From assembly GCA_951406725.2 (NCBI GenBank), contig OX597823.1, positions 43,462,001 to 43,526,000 of the forward strand: 64,000 bases of DNA. Reading direction: 5' to 3'. Position numbers and translations under genes: made by a program. The notes beneath the pieces are model-generated. The model was not told the DNA's origin, ran no database searches, and saw only the letters and a program-made list of their open reading frames with translations. Shown piece after piece: positions 14,540 to 28,292 of the stretch (position 1 is its first letter; every line of letters starts with the position of its first letter). This stretch comes from Octopus vulgaris (taxonomy: Eukaryota).

Positions 14540-15219
14540 TGGTACAGTGTTTCAGCACAAGGTCATGCAACGAGTCGCTCTATTTTTAAAATGTTATGGT
14601 TTGATTTGAGAGAGATTGAATTGATATTTCTAGCATGTGAATCGACGACACATTGTGCGTGGGCATCTGCTTTTTCCCTATTGTCTTCTGTCTGACGATC
14701 CATGATTATGTTTAAAACAAAATAAGATTAAATAGTCCGGGATTAAGAATGGGAGTGGAGAAAATCTAGGAGATATTGAGAGACAACAGAGAGAGAGAGG
14801 CGGGGAGAAGAAAAGGATTGAAAAAGAAAGGGATAGTACGGAAGAAAGGAAGAGGAAGAGAGCAACGGAGATAGAGTTAAGTACAGCAAAAGTGTAAAAT
14901 GGGCGTGGGAGATGAGAGATGTGGAAGAGTCGAACGTAGAATTATCGACAGGCAAGTGTATAGTTGAATGTGAAATGTCGCCATTTATGTTCTGTTAATT
15001 AGCATCGAAAATGTACCAATAAACATATAGTTCTGGCATCTAGGTATCAGCATTTCAAATGTAATTTAATACATTAATCCAACATTATTAAAACATAATC
15101 ACATACATATAACGTATTCACCAACTGGCTTTTACATATATATATATATTTATGTGTGTGTGCCTCCCTTTGTGTGTGTGTGTGTCCATCCGTAGAAACT
15201 TTTTTCAGTATTATCTTAT

Positions 15220-15436
15220 ACTCTTTTACTTGTTTCAGTTATTTGACTGTGACCATGCTGGAGCACCGCCTGTAGTCGACCAAATCGACCCCGGGACTTA
15301 TTGTTTGAAAGCCTAGTACTTATTCTATCGGTCTCTTTTGCTAAACCGCTTAGTTACGGGGACGTAAGCACACCAGCATCGGTTGTCAACCAATGTTTGG
15401 GGAACAAACACAGACACACAAACATATACATACGCA

Positions 15437-15498
<62 letters not shown>

Positions 15499-15680
15499 TG
15501 TATGTATATATATACAAATATACGACGGGCTTCTTTCAGTTTCCGTCTACCAAATCCACTCACAAGGCTTTGGTCGGCCCAAGGCTATAGTAGAAGACAC
15601 TTGCCCAAAGTGCCACGCAGTGGAACTGAACCCGGAACCATGTGGTTGGTTAGCAAGCTACTTACCACACAGCCACTCCT
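15220..15680 (-). mobile_element. SINE family B, full-length with internal microsatellites
   Basis: Head GTGTGGTAAGTAGCTTGCT...GGTTCAGTTCC, core CACTTTGGGCAAGTG, internal TA/GA tract, 3' part ending GACTGAAACAAGTAAAAGAG-like. Confidence 0.85.
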
Positions 15681-15914
15681 ACACCTACGTAAATGAATAA
15701 ACAATACAACTGCTGCTGAATATTCTCTTGATCTTTTGGTTACAGGCTTCAAGAATTTATAAGCAACTGTGGTTATAAGTGTTTACGCTCTCATATGTAT
15801 GCATGCATACGTAATGATGGATGAAATGAAGCTTAGCATTTTGCCCGACATGCTGACGCTTCTGCCAGCTCACCACCTTAGTACTTAGTTCTAAATTAAT
15901 ATTACCACAAAATG

Positions 15915-16097
15915 AGGTGGCGAGCTGGCAGAATCGTTAGAACTCCGGTCAAAATGTTGAGCGGCATTTCGTCCGTTTTTACGTATCCATCCATTCGAGG
16001 TGGATAAAACAAGCACTAGCCGTATAGTGTGTCCGCTCTAATCGATTTATCTATTCTCCAAAATTACTGGCATTGTGCTAAAATTTGAAATCAATAT
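15915..16097 (+). mobile_element. SINE family A, head-to-head with a minus-strand head fragment at about 15830-15880
   Basis: GGTGGCGAGCTGGCAGAATCGTTAG head; tail AAATTACTGGCATTGTGCTAAAATTTGAAATC. Confidence 0.7.
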
Positions 16098-16852
16098 TGC
16101 CACAGATTATATGAGACAATTTACGAAAAAATTGGTCGGCAATGGTATTTAAAATCATTGTAATTATACTGAGCTGAATATTCTTTTTTTCTTTATATCA
16201 GTCTTATCTTTTTATACAGTTCACAAGCTATAATTTATGTTCATCTTATTGTGCTATCTGCCCACGGAGCTCGAGAATTAAATGATTACCGAAGTCTTAT
16301 TTCTGCATAAAAATGAAATGCCTTTATTAAATGAGATAAATAATTACATACTGTAGCGTGTTATCGTAGAGCTACCGTGGGAAAGTGAGGTCTGACCAAG
16401 CTTTCACAACAATGTTTTACGTAAAATATTCTGGATAAACTTCTATAATTAATAATGGTAAGTTATGTGTCTCGGGATTTAGATAGTTTTTTGCTGCTGA
16501 AAATACATGGTTCTTTAAATAGTTCACAAATTCGAAAAATTTGACTGCAGAGGTAAATATCGCCTAATCAGGAAGAAAATTTTCTGCTCATGGATTTCTT
16601 TCTTTATTCTTCTTTATTTCAGTCCTCAGACTGCAGCCATGCTGTGGTGATTTTATTGTTCTATTATCATTAATAAAAGTGTAAATTCGAAAACGGAATT
16701 TGAAGTACGCATAATGTGTGGCACATTTTTCATCGTACTGCTTTGGATTTAACGGTCTGTACTGTATACCTCAAAAACTTCAGGCTTCACTAGTCCTTTC
16801 CCCAAAAACTTCAGGCCATATGCCTATATTTGAACGAATTATTAATATAATA

Positions 16853-17485
16853 ATCCTTTCTACTATAGGCATATGGCCTGAAGTTTTTGGGGTACAAGAC
16901 TAGTCAATTAATGGTACTTAATTTATCGACCCCCGTAAGGATGAAAGGCAAAGTCGACCTCGGAGGAATTTGAACTTAGAACATAAAGCCGGACGAAATA
17001 CCGCTAAGCATTTTTGCCTAGTGTGCTAACGTGGCTGCCAGCTCGCCGCCTTTAATAATAACATTTCTCCTAAAGGCACAGTGTCTGAAATTTTGTAGGG
17101 AGGGAACTAGTCGATTTCATCGACCCCACTGCTTCATTCATACTTAATTTATCGATTCCGAAAGGATGAAAGGCAAAGTGGAGCTCGGCGGAATTTGAAC
17201 TCAAAACGTAAGGACGAGCAAAATACCGCTAAGCATTTTGTCAGCATGGTAGCAATTCTGCCAGCTCACTGCCTTGAACCAATAATAATAATCCTTTCTA
17301 CTATAGGGGAGGGAAACTGTCGATCACATCGACCCCAGTACTTGATTGGTACTTAATTTATCGATTCCGAAAAGAAGAAAGGTAAAGTCGAGCTCGGTGG
17401 AATTTGAACTCAGAACGCAGCGACAGACGAAATGCCGCTAAGCATTTTGTCCTGCGTGCTAAAGATTTTGACAGCTTGCCGCCTT
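16853..17485 (-). mobile_element. Three head-to-tail full-length SINE family A copies separated by short (TAA)n
   Basis: Three ~200-bp units, each CTTTCTACTATAGG...ATCGACCCC..AAGGATGAAAGGCAAAGTCGA...ATTTGAACT...GCCAGCTCGCCGCC. Confidence 0.9.
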
Positions 17486-18117
17486 GAAACAACGATAATA
17501 GCAATAATGTTCTTTTAACTTAAAATACTAATGTTCAAAACGGTATTTTAAATTTTTTCTCTGTCGGTCGTTTTATTATGGCAAAAATTTCAACTAAATC
17601 TCAGTAAACAAAAAGAGTTGGGAATAAATTTCCATACAAAAAGTTCCCAGAGAGTAAATGGAACAAAAGTGGTTAGGAAACTCAGTGCTAACTTCCAATC
17701 ACATAAAGGAGATGATTCCGCTGGTTATAAACAAAACCATTCTTTTGTTTTTATTTGTTTATTTGTCTTTTTTACAGTAACCCATCAAAATTATATGTAA
17801 ATCTATATCAGATGTAGACGGTAGGGCATTATGGCGGCTAAAAACATCATAAAATATAACAAAAACCATAAAATAAGCTAAAAAAATACAACAAACAACG
17901 ACCGTTTAGATCAATAAATTGGTCGATCTTTACTACTCATATTTTCAAAATGCAGACCATTTTCTTTGCAATATTCCTTTTATGTTTTGTGTGTGATGGT
18001 ATTGATAGACAAATTTAACATCGATATGGATAATGATAAATATATATTGTTGGACTACAATATTAATCTGAGTAAATATAGAAATGTAATCTTCCGAACA
18101 GAAAACAATAAACTTAC

Positions 18118-18253
18118 CGATTTAGTACGCAAAACGTAGCCAGTATATAACAGCATGCATAACATCAAGAAGAGAGCGCTGCAGATACAATAGACAAAGG
18201 GACTGTCGACTTGGTCCTCTTTCCCTATTTCATTGTTGGGCTCAAAATCCACT
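18118..18253 (-). CDS. Candidate internal coding exon (136 bp) of a host membrane-protein gene
   Basis: Acceptor TTTTTTCAATTAATTTAG| and donor TCG|GTAAGT; open frame VDFEPNNEIGKEDQVDSPFVYCICSALFLMLCMLLYTGYVLRTKS (acidic stretch, hydrophobic segment, then basic residues). Confidence 0.6.
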
Positions 18254-18276
18254 CTAAATTAATTGAAAAAAATATG

Positions 18277-18505
<229 letters not shown>

Positions 18506-18591
18506 GGGAAAAGGGACTTACTGGCAGACAGACAGGCAGACAGACAGGCAGGCAGGCATATACTAGATAGCAAGACAGAGATTTAGAAAGA

Positions 18592-18626
<35 letters not shown>

Positions 18627-19070
18627 CGAGGACGGACAAACGGGCAGGTAACTAAATAGATAGAGAGATAGCGAGAAAAATAGATGGATAGCCAAATAGG
18701 CGAACCGAAAACAGATAGGTAGATAGGAAGGCATGATTATTTTCAGTAGTATAATCGAAATGTCAAATGGTTTTAAAGCAAGTTTACTGGAGAAAACGCA
18801 ACACTTAGCCACACATATACACTCACATACACACACACACACTAACACACACACACATACACACATACACGCATATATGTGAGAAGGGAGAGTTTATGAA
18901 CAAATACTTTGTTTTACGAAGTGCGAAGAGCGTAAAATCTAATGTACTCAACCGAGTACATAAAATAATTATATTTGGTATATCATTTCGGCTTCATATT
19001 GGCGCTTATAATATTTAATATGTATATCTAAACAAACATCGGTTGTCAAACGATAGAAGGGAGAAACACA

Positions 19071-19136
<66 letters not shown>

Positions 19137-19182
19137 CACACAAACGCGCGCGCGCACACACACACACGCGTGTGTGTATACA

Positions 19183-19403
19183 CACGAACATATGCTGAAA
19201 AGTCCCTGGCTTTGAGTAAAAGAAGATACAGGTGGATCAGTTAGTTATGATTTTATTCAACTTATTCCCCTCAGAGATTCACACACTTAGTGCAGCGGTC
19301 CCTCTGTTTTTCTAAGATCTGTAAAGGAACACAGAAGGTTGGGCCTCCAAGCAAGACTTTCGCGATACCCTTAAAGTCAGGAACTTTTCAGCATCTCCTC
19401 GTG
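19183..19403. mobile_element. mariner-type MITE (~220 bp)
   Basis: TIRs ATGCTGAAAAGTCCCTGGCTTT / AAAGTCAGGAACTTTTCAGCAT, extending to CACG...CGTG; right end followed by TA; no ORF. Confidence 0.8.
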
Positions 19404-19434
<31 letters not shown>

Positions 19435-19437
19435 GGT

Positions 19438-19473
<36 letters not shown>

Positions 19474-19479
19474 TGTGTG

Positions 19480-19665
19480 TTTGTTCCGACCACCATCGCT
19501 TGACAGCCGGTGCTGGTGTGTTTACGTCCCCGTAACTTAGCGGTTGGCAAAAGAGACCGATAGAATAAGTACTAGGCTTACAAAGAATAAGTCCTGGGGA
19601 ATATTTGTTCGATTAAAGATGTTGCTCCAGCATGGCGGCAGTCAAAATACTGAAACAATTAATAG
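19480..19665 (+). mobile_element. SINE family B, 3' half
   Basis: GCTGGTGTGTTTACGTCCCCGTAACTTAGCGG...GACCGATAGAATAAGTACTAGGC...GCTCCAGCATGG. Confidence 0.8.
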
Positions 19666-19689
19666 AATATACATATATATATATATACA

Positions 19690-19850
19690 TAACGGGATTC
19701 TACATAGCTTCTACGAACCAAATTCACTCATTCACTCACAAGGCATTGACCGGCTCGAGGTTATAGTAGATGATGTGCCGCGCAGTGTGACAGAACTCGA
19801 AAGTCGATGTATGCAAGACGATCTCTTGAACACACGCCATGCCTCCGCCT
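19690..19850 (-). mobile_element. SINE family B, 5' half, degenerate
   Basis: CCAAATTCACTCA...CAAGGCATTGACCGGCTCGAGGTTATAG...GTGCCGCGCAGTG matches the minus copy at 15530-15680. Confidence 0.65.
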
Positions 19851-20799
19851 ATGTAAGAACATTGACTTATCTATTGCGAAATTAAAATTCAGTAGAACGA
19901 AACTATATTTCCTAGATTCGGAGACGAACGCTATAAGCCTGCATCAATCGCTGTTCCTTACATGCATAAATTTTGTATTATAGTAATGTGCACTATACTG
20001 TTATTACAATGTTCTCAATTGTCGCTTCTCGTCCTCATATTTTCGCTGTTAAATTTCTTCAAGTTTGCTATAAAACTCATTATTTATTTTCTGCGTCTTC
20101 ACTTGATCCTGTTGCCAAATGTAGAGATTTGTCTTCTGTCGATTTTCGAACTAATTCCCTTTAGATAAACTGAAGCCAAGCTTGTAATAGAATATATACG
20201 CTCTTGCATATTATAGTCTGCTAAACTAATACATAATGAGACCAACTTCATTTATATTACTCTAAGGGTTTCCTTTCGCATTAGTATTCATTTTTTTCTT
20301 TTCCTTTTTCTAAATATTTCTTTCTTAATATCTTTTTGCTTGAAATAATATTCATCGTAATCTATCTTGTACGAGTTAAACGAAACTTTAGAAAACAATG
20401 AAAATATTATTATGACCAAACAACAGTAAAGTGCAATTAACGAGATAATATCTTCCTATACACCGCAGCCAGCGTCTACAACTAATGCTAAACAAACTAT
20501 GTCGAACACAGTATATTATTTTCTTTTCATATCCTTCGTTATTGAAGCAGTAAAACCAACTTGAAACTTTATTTCTCTGAAGAAGACGATAAATTGCTTA
20601 AAGGAACATAACGCGTCGACTATATTCCTTATAATGCAGCAAAAATATTCTTTTGTTTATGCTGAATTGGACTGGTTATTTCTTCATTTGTGTTGTCTAC
20701 AATATCAACGAAGAGAATAAACTGCGTTGCTACATGTGGTTATAATGATGAGATGAAAAGATTGTATGCACCTTGTAGATAACAGTTTCTTTTAGAGCA

Positions 20800-21800
20800 A
20801 ACTTTGCATATAAAAGGAATGCAAGTTTATATTATCTATGTCATTTCTTAAGACTAATTTGATCGATAAAAGCTTCGATTTGACGTTGGCTTTCCTCACA
20901 CAATACAGGTTTTGTATATTGTGTTCACTAAAATCTAAAACGAATCTACTTGAAGCCTATGAAGAGAAGTACTACACCAGGTTATCGAGATAGTTAACAT
21001 ACCAAACTAAAACTATAAATGCGAGTTAGAAACGTTAGAAACACAATATTTATATGTATACCGACGGCCTGGTATTATAGACAAAACTAAAACATTGTTG
21101 TACTTTGGAACGGTCATACTGCCAATAAAAGCACATGCACTGGTTATGTTTTACTTCAATTTTATTACCAGTCGATCAACTAATTAATCAATTGATAAAT
21201 TAGTAATGAAACTGAAGTGAGACATAACCAGTGCATATTCATTATGACCTTCAACATATACAATATAACTTCCAAAACATGATTGCACATCAAGAATCTA
21301 GTAAACCAATACAAAACGGAAATCAAAACACCAAACCACGAGTAGAAAGAACTAATTTGAAGCAACTATAATTCTAATATAAATATTAGACATAGTTATA
21401 AGCAGAAATTTGAGACTACCGTAAATAACCAACCAACTGACGGTACTAGAAACCCGTAGTTATCGATTGTTGAGCAATATATTAACTGTCTCCATATCAA
21501 CTAATCAACTTGTGAGCATATTTCATAGAGTGTCACCAATCTCTAGGCATAACTGAATTATTCATAATCTAAATAAGATACTACAATGCAAAACTAACAT
21601 GCAAATTTCCAGGCCTATTACAGAGTAATTATAACTTTCACACCAACGTATAGATGTAATAAACGAAGTCATCTACAGCCAACAACATCACTGATTTCTA
21701 GGGATAATTAACACGTCTTACTTAATATATAACACACAAATTAAAGCCGCAACTAACATATCAATTTTCAAAAGCAAAATTCAGAAGTTATTGGCCGTCA
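20800..21800 (+). mobile_element. Highly decayed LINE (CR1/L2-like) remnant
   Basis: Scattered motif-like translations: QVYIIY near 20820 and IKAATNISIFKSKIQKLL near 21740-21795; many stops. Confidence 0.3.
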
Positions 21801-22275
21801 GTTATTGACCGAAGAAAAGCTAATCAAAGCTTGTATATTTGACACCTCAATGACAAAAGTATATCGCCATACTTACTCGCTACACAGAAATGCCTCTATT
21901 ATTTCCATACATTTAGATTCTACTTGGAAATTTTAAGTGTTGGTGTAAGAAAATAGAGGAAATATATGTCTACTTCATTGAACAAATTAACAGGAAATGC
22001 GTACCATAAGGAGCTCCTTCTCTTGTAAATTTATTACTTGCCACACCTTGATTATCTTCAGCACAGAATGGATTGTAGGAAAAAAAATACTGGCTCATTT
22101 CATTGGGTAACTAGAAAATCTTTAGATTAATTTAACAATTGTTTGTCTGATAGAACTCAACAGATGTGTGATATTTGACATATGATGATATCGCTGTATT
22201 TCGTTGTCTTAATTGTTCGTCAGATTGTCGGATCAACATCTCGCGCAAGAGTGCAAGCACACAGACAAAGGCAGC

Positions 22276-22311
<36 letters not shown>

Positions 22312-22341
22312 ATGTAAAATAAAACATTCACAGACAGGCAG

Positions 22342-22501
<160 letters not shown>

Positions 22502-22522
22502 GTAGGTAGGTAGGTAGGTAGG

Positions 22523-22580
<58 letters not shown>

Positions 22581-22637
22581 TACAAGCAGACAGACAGACA
22601 ATCAGACAGACAAACAGACAGATATATATATATATAT

Positions 22638-22720
<83 letters not shown>

Positions 22721-22761
22721 GACAGACAAACAGATAAATAGATAGATAAATAGATAGATAA

Positions 22762-23910
22762 GTTTCTTTATTGGCCACACAGGGCTGCACACAGATGGGA
22801 CAAGTTACAAGGTAGAGCTTTTCTTTTGGGGATGAAAAAAAAGGGGGTGGCTTAGGTTTTCGATCAAGAGGGATCGTAAAAGGGAAGAAAAGAACAAAAA
22901 AAAAAGAAAAAAAGAATAAAAAAGAAAAGGAATAGAAGAAAAAAAAAGAAAGGGAAAGGAACAAAAGAAAGAGAAATGAAAAAAAAAAAAAAGGGGAAAA
23001 AAGGGAAGAGAAAAAAAAAAGGAACGATCAATAGGGATCGTGTATCACAGTGTTATGATATATGGTGTAAAGGGGAAAGCAAGTAAGGTTTATCCGTGGG
23101 AAGAAAAGCCTACGAAAAAGACCACGGTAACCTTGGTCAATATTGTTATATGTTACCACATTTGTTTGCAAGTGGGTAACCCTCTGTTTTCAATTTCTGG
23201 GTTCATAGGATTATGCTCAAGGTGGCTTCGTCATTCATACGTGCCACCCTTGCTACATTCACCCATCTTTTTTTAAAACATTCGCTAGACAAAACTTGCC
23301 CTCTACTCTCACTTTCCTTTTCAAGTGGTACTTGAAGAAGTTGATGAGAGATTGACCAGAGAGGAAAGTGTTTGTCTCCAATCCTTTCAGACGCGTCCAC
23401 CAGATACATTCTTTCGCCATAGCCAGAAGGATGATGAAAATAGCTCTTCCTTCCCGTTTGAAGGAAGGAGGCGTGACAATATTGACGATAGACTCAGCTG
23501 ATAAACCGACTCGTCCCACACGTGACAGCAGTTATTCGACACAAGCCCACAGGTCGGAAATTGTTGGACACTGCACGAGTGCGTGCAGAACGGTTTCGTC
23601 GCTCTGACCGCATCTCGGGCAGGTCAGCCCCGTGTTTCTCGAGCAGTGTCTGTAGAGCTTATCCCGAACGGGTAGCGCTTCTCGGTAACACTGCCAGGCC
23701 AGGGATCTCTGGAAGTTGTCCATGGGCCCTGGCCCGAAAGTCGTCCTGAACAGGCGGGTCAGGTACTCCTCGTCGACGTCCAGGTTCGCCCCGAGCTCGT
23801 CGTCGTACCTCCCCTCCACTAATCCCCTATAGAATGCTTTGGTTGTGTTGAAGTCACTCAAGGTCGACCCAGGACGGCAGAGTTGCTTGAGAGCAACGCG
23901 ACACTCGCGA
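22762..23910 (-). mobile_element. Tx1/L1-clade LINE, 5'-truncated: ORF2 C-terminus (zinc-binding region) plus 3'UTR
   Basis: WQCYREALPVRDKL...CPRCGQSDETVLHALVQC...AKECIWWTR; one stop and one frameshift; pyrimidine-rich 3'UTR with AATAAA; (GATA)n on both sides. Confidence 0.9.
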
Positions 23911-23935
23911 GATAGATAGACGATAGGCAGATAGT

Positions 23936-24032
<97 letters not shown>

Positions 24033-25388
24033 TGATTGATAGATAGATAGATTGATAGATTTTTAGACATAATTAATGGACTGACATAGTTATTATATCC
24101 AAAAGAAATGTACAGTATCACTAAGCTATATATGTACAGTATCACTAAGCTATATACGATAAGACAAGTTTAGAGCCAGAAATCCTTGTAAACTACAGAT
24201 AGAAAATCAACAGCAACACACACATGCACATATACACACGTACTTACACAGAGTCACATTCGCATATTGTCTTTGAAAGAAACCTCAACTCGTTGCAAAA
24301 TACATGATGGAGAACTGAACAAGATGTGTGTGTTTGTGTATGTGTAAGTGTGTTAGTGTGTGTGTGTGCGTGTGCGCGCGCCAACACGCACGTGTGTGCG
24401 TGCAGATTTTTATTACACTTTCCTAACAAGATTTGGTTTGACATCCATCTCACTGATATTGGCAAAATTGATATTAATATTGATATTAATATGAATATTG
24501 ATACCAATATTAAATATTAATATTAATGTTAATATCGATAATATATTATATATTTGAACACTTCTATTAATTTTGATATGAATATTATATCAATATTACT
24601 ATTCATATATGATATACTTGAGTAATTGTATAAGTTTTACCCATGTCATATCGAAGGAAAAGGTATGTATGCGGATTTATATCGAAGTAAACGATGTATT
24701 TAGACGGTAAAACTGATTGCTGCAATTATTTTTTTCTTATTTCCATTGAACGTGTATATTCATTGTTTAAGGACATTTTAATGCAGATGAGAAAGTCTGA
24801 CAACGTATCCTAAGAAACTGGTGGGAAAAATCAAGCGAGAAACAATAACTCATGCAGTTAGAAAGAGTACAGGAATATATCGAGGTATCCTTTACTGAGA
24901 CCGAAGCTCTCATCAGAACACTTATCATAGAGTGGAGTCTGCTAAAGCCAGCCAAAGGCTAAATATTGCTGTTTAACCGGAAGTCGAGCTTATCAAATAA
25001 GAATACAGTCCAAAAGTTTCCGGTTACCCAAGTTTACTTACAAGGCTAGGATGCATTCGGTGAAATGACAGAAGATACTTTCCCAAGGTTCTACACGTTA
25101 GAATCGAATCCGATATCATGTAAATTCTATGCTAACATTTTAAAGTAAACAGTCATGTCTTATGAACATCTGGTTCCAAGTTCAATAAATACAACAGGTA
25201 AATGTGTGTTCCTTTGTATTTACTTAAGTCTCTCCATGTCGAGCTGCTACTTCTCCGCATTGAGAGATCACAGCACCGCTGCTATGGGCATGTAATTAGA
25301 AGGTCGCAGGAAAGAATTGCATGATGGATTTTTCAAGCCGAGTCAATTGACAAGAAGCCTAGCGGTAGACGGAGAACAAGATGGGTAG

Positions 25389-25423
<35 letters not shown>

Positions 25424-25699
25424 TCTCAGTCGGGCACGCTAGGGAATTTTGCGAGAAATTCTAATGATGGCTGCTTCTGATAGGACCTTATGGTGGTTGT
25501 GCCAGAGGGCTCTACTCCCACGACTCTCCCAGTAATAATGGGCGGCGAAAATCGGTAGATTCATGTAATTGGCGAATGAATTGCAGTTATATAAGCAGTT
25601 CTATAAAAATGCCCTCTCAGACTGCAGGTTTCCATGGCGATTTGTTACTCTCATCCGAGATCATCACGTCGACGAAATTTAGTGTATTAATATTTTGTA

Positions 25700-26135
25700 G
25701 GTGCAGGTATTGTAACCACATGGTTTCGGGTTCAATCATACAGCGCGGCACCTTGGGAAAGTGTCCTCTACTTTAGCTTCGGGTCGACCAATGACTTTTG
25801 AGGGAATTTGGTAGATGGAAAGTGTGACGACTCCATCGTATATATAATGTGTATGTGTGTACGTGTGTGTGTGTGTGTGTGTGTTTGTGTGTGTATGTGT
25901 GTGTGTGTGTGTACCTTTTCATCTATGTCTGTGACCCTTCACCACCACTTCCACAGCTTGACAACCAGCTTTGGAGTTTTACATCTCGGTAACTTAGTGT
26001 TTCGGTAAAAGAAAACAATAAAATAAGTATCAGACCTTAAAAAATACTGGAGCGATTTGTTCAGCAACAAACCCGTCAAAGCAGTATTCTAGCATGACCG
26101 CAGTCCAGTAAGGTGAAATAAGTGAAAATAAATGA
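25700..26135 (+). mobile_element. SINE family B, near full-length, degenerate
   Basis: AACCACATGGTTTCGGGTTCAATC...GGCACCTTGGGAAAGTGTC...GGTAGATGGAAA, internal (TG)n, 3' part CTAGCATGACCGCAGTCC. Confidence 0.75.
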
Positions 26136-26220
26136 TAGTAGATAGTTTATATCATTGAGAGATTTAAATCATCAAATTACAATCTCTGATGATGATAAAA
26201 TAAAACATCTTTCGTAAGAC

Positions 26221-27348
26221 CAAAGGTGGGCACCGTTAATCGAAAAGTTATCTTCGTTAACCGTCAATCCGTTAACCAAAAGGTTAACTTCGATAACCGT
26301 TAATCAGTTAATTCTTTAAAAATGTAGCGGAAGTTATCGATAAACATTTAACTTTAATTTTTATTATAGTAAAAACAAAAAATCAGTTTTTGCTCTAAAG
26401 CCACCTAAAAACACCTTTAAAATGTGCCAAAACTATAAAATCAGCTTTTTTTTTTTTGCCTTTTTAATCGCTTTAGAACTCCACCAAATATATTGTTTTT
26501 GCTTTAGTTTTAGTTTAGTTTTAACTTTTAAAAAATCTAAAAAAGTTTGGTTTCATAGATTTGGCACTTTTATTAGGTTTCTAAAGGCTTTTAGAGCCGG
26601 AAAAGGTTTTTTAAATGTCAAACGAAACACAATATTAGTATTAAGCTAAAAAAACTTTCTCGATAAAGTGGCCGTGAAAAAATAAAAATAATGAAAAGCA
26701 TGATATATACATAATAAAATGTTACCTCTTCTTTTCGTTCCCCATTTTGTTCATGAGATGCATGTTGCCCTTCATGAAAATTAGCATGTTAAAGTTTTCA
26801 TCAACAGGGATGATCTCTTGGCCCTCAAAATGTCCTTGCCCACAGAGAAAAAACGCTCTACCGCAGCACTGGAAGGGATGGCTGTGTTGAACTTGATGAA
26901 CCAACACTGAGGAAGTCAACCGCCTCTTCGTTGTTGCTGCCTCCACAGTTGCTTCTCACTGCTTCAGACTGCTGCCTCATGGCCTCCTCGACCTTAACCC
27001 CATGTTTTTCCTGACCTTGGTATTGTAATACTTATCCAAGCAGATAAGGCGAAACATGAATTGGAAAGCAGCAGCCAGATAGCATTCCTCATCCTCCAGG
27101 AAGATCCTAAACCTTTTGTCGATGCATGCCAAAACTGCGTCGACCAAAAGGATGCAGTAAAGTCCTTGAGCCTAAAGATCGTCGTAGCAACTTGAATTAA
27201 CGAAAGTTAACTCAAGCTGGCTTGAGTTAACGGTAGTTAATTGGTCCGATAATGATTTCCGAAGCTAACTTGAAAGTTAAATCGTTGAAGAAAATGTGAA
27301 CTTCGTTAATTAACGATTAACATATTAATGATTTGGTGCTCAGGTTTG
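26221..27348 (-). mobile_element. hAT DNA transposon, internally deleted, both ends retained
   Basis: TIRs CAAAGGTGGGCACC / GGTGCTCAGGTTTG (11/14); 8-bp flanks CGTAAGAC / ACTAAGAC; subterminal GTTAA repeats; dimerisation domain FIKFNTAIPSSAAVERFFSVGKDILRAKRSS, then (frameshift) DENFNMLIFMK. Confidence 0.9.
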
Positions 27349-27969
27349 ACTAAGACATCATTTACTCTGGGCCTTTCAGGTCTTATTTCCGCAGTCGATA
27401 GCATAGATCCAATTTGCGACAAGGGCCACACTTAAGATAGTTGAATTCTATTTATCGATGGACAGAAGAGACAGAATTCCCACGGGTCGGAGACAATATG
27501 GAGAAAATAGCTGGTAAATATTTCACATAGCCATAAACAAATATTTATAAGCTCGGTAGTATTACTTGAAGATGACTGGGTTACACCATGTTGAGCTTGT
27601 CACATACCTATGAAAACTAATCTGGCAAATGAACATTATTCTACCGCTCGGACGTAGCTGCAATCTTTCATCGCACCCGGAAAGGTGACAGTCAGAGTCA
27701 GAAAAAGAAACGTGCAGAAATTATATACGGCTGTTTGGATACTGATGTTTTTGTGCATGACTGATTGGACATTCAGCCTGTTTTGGTGATGGTACATTTT
27801 GGCACTGAAGGCAATACATACACTAACACATGCCCACACGCGCACACTCGCATGCAGAAATATACACATGCATTTAAAAAGTCTGGGAGAGAGGGGAAGA
27901 GAAAGAAAAAACCTTAGAATTATTTATTGAACACGATTGATATAAACACATTCTATTTCCTCGTACACA

Positions 27970-28176
27970 TAGGAATATGGAAATAAGCTCCCACACAATA
28001 TTAGAGAGAAATAGAGAGGGGAAAGTGTGATGGGGGAGATGAGAGAGCGAGAGAATCAGTAAACGAGAGAAGAATTAAAGTGTCTGATGTCAAATAAGGA
28101 ATAAGTGTCTAATGTCAAAATAGGAATTAAAGTGTCTCGTGTCAAATAGGAATATGGAAATAAGCTCTCACCCATT

Positions 28177-28230
<54 letters not shown>

Positions 28231-28292
28231 AGAACAGAGAACAAGAAAACCATTAAACGAGACAAGAATTAAAGTGTCTAATGTCAAATAAG
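27970..28292. repeat. Short minisatellite-like duplications (~25-bp unit GAATTAAAGTGTCTRATGTCAAATA)
   Basis: About four unit copies plus duplicated ATAGGAATATGGAAATAAGCTC. Confidence 0.75.

Noticed and set aside
24880-24920. Minus-strand CTGATGA-GAGCTTCGGTCTC as a hammerhead
   Set aside because: The hairpin is not followed by GAAA, and no stem I or III is found
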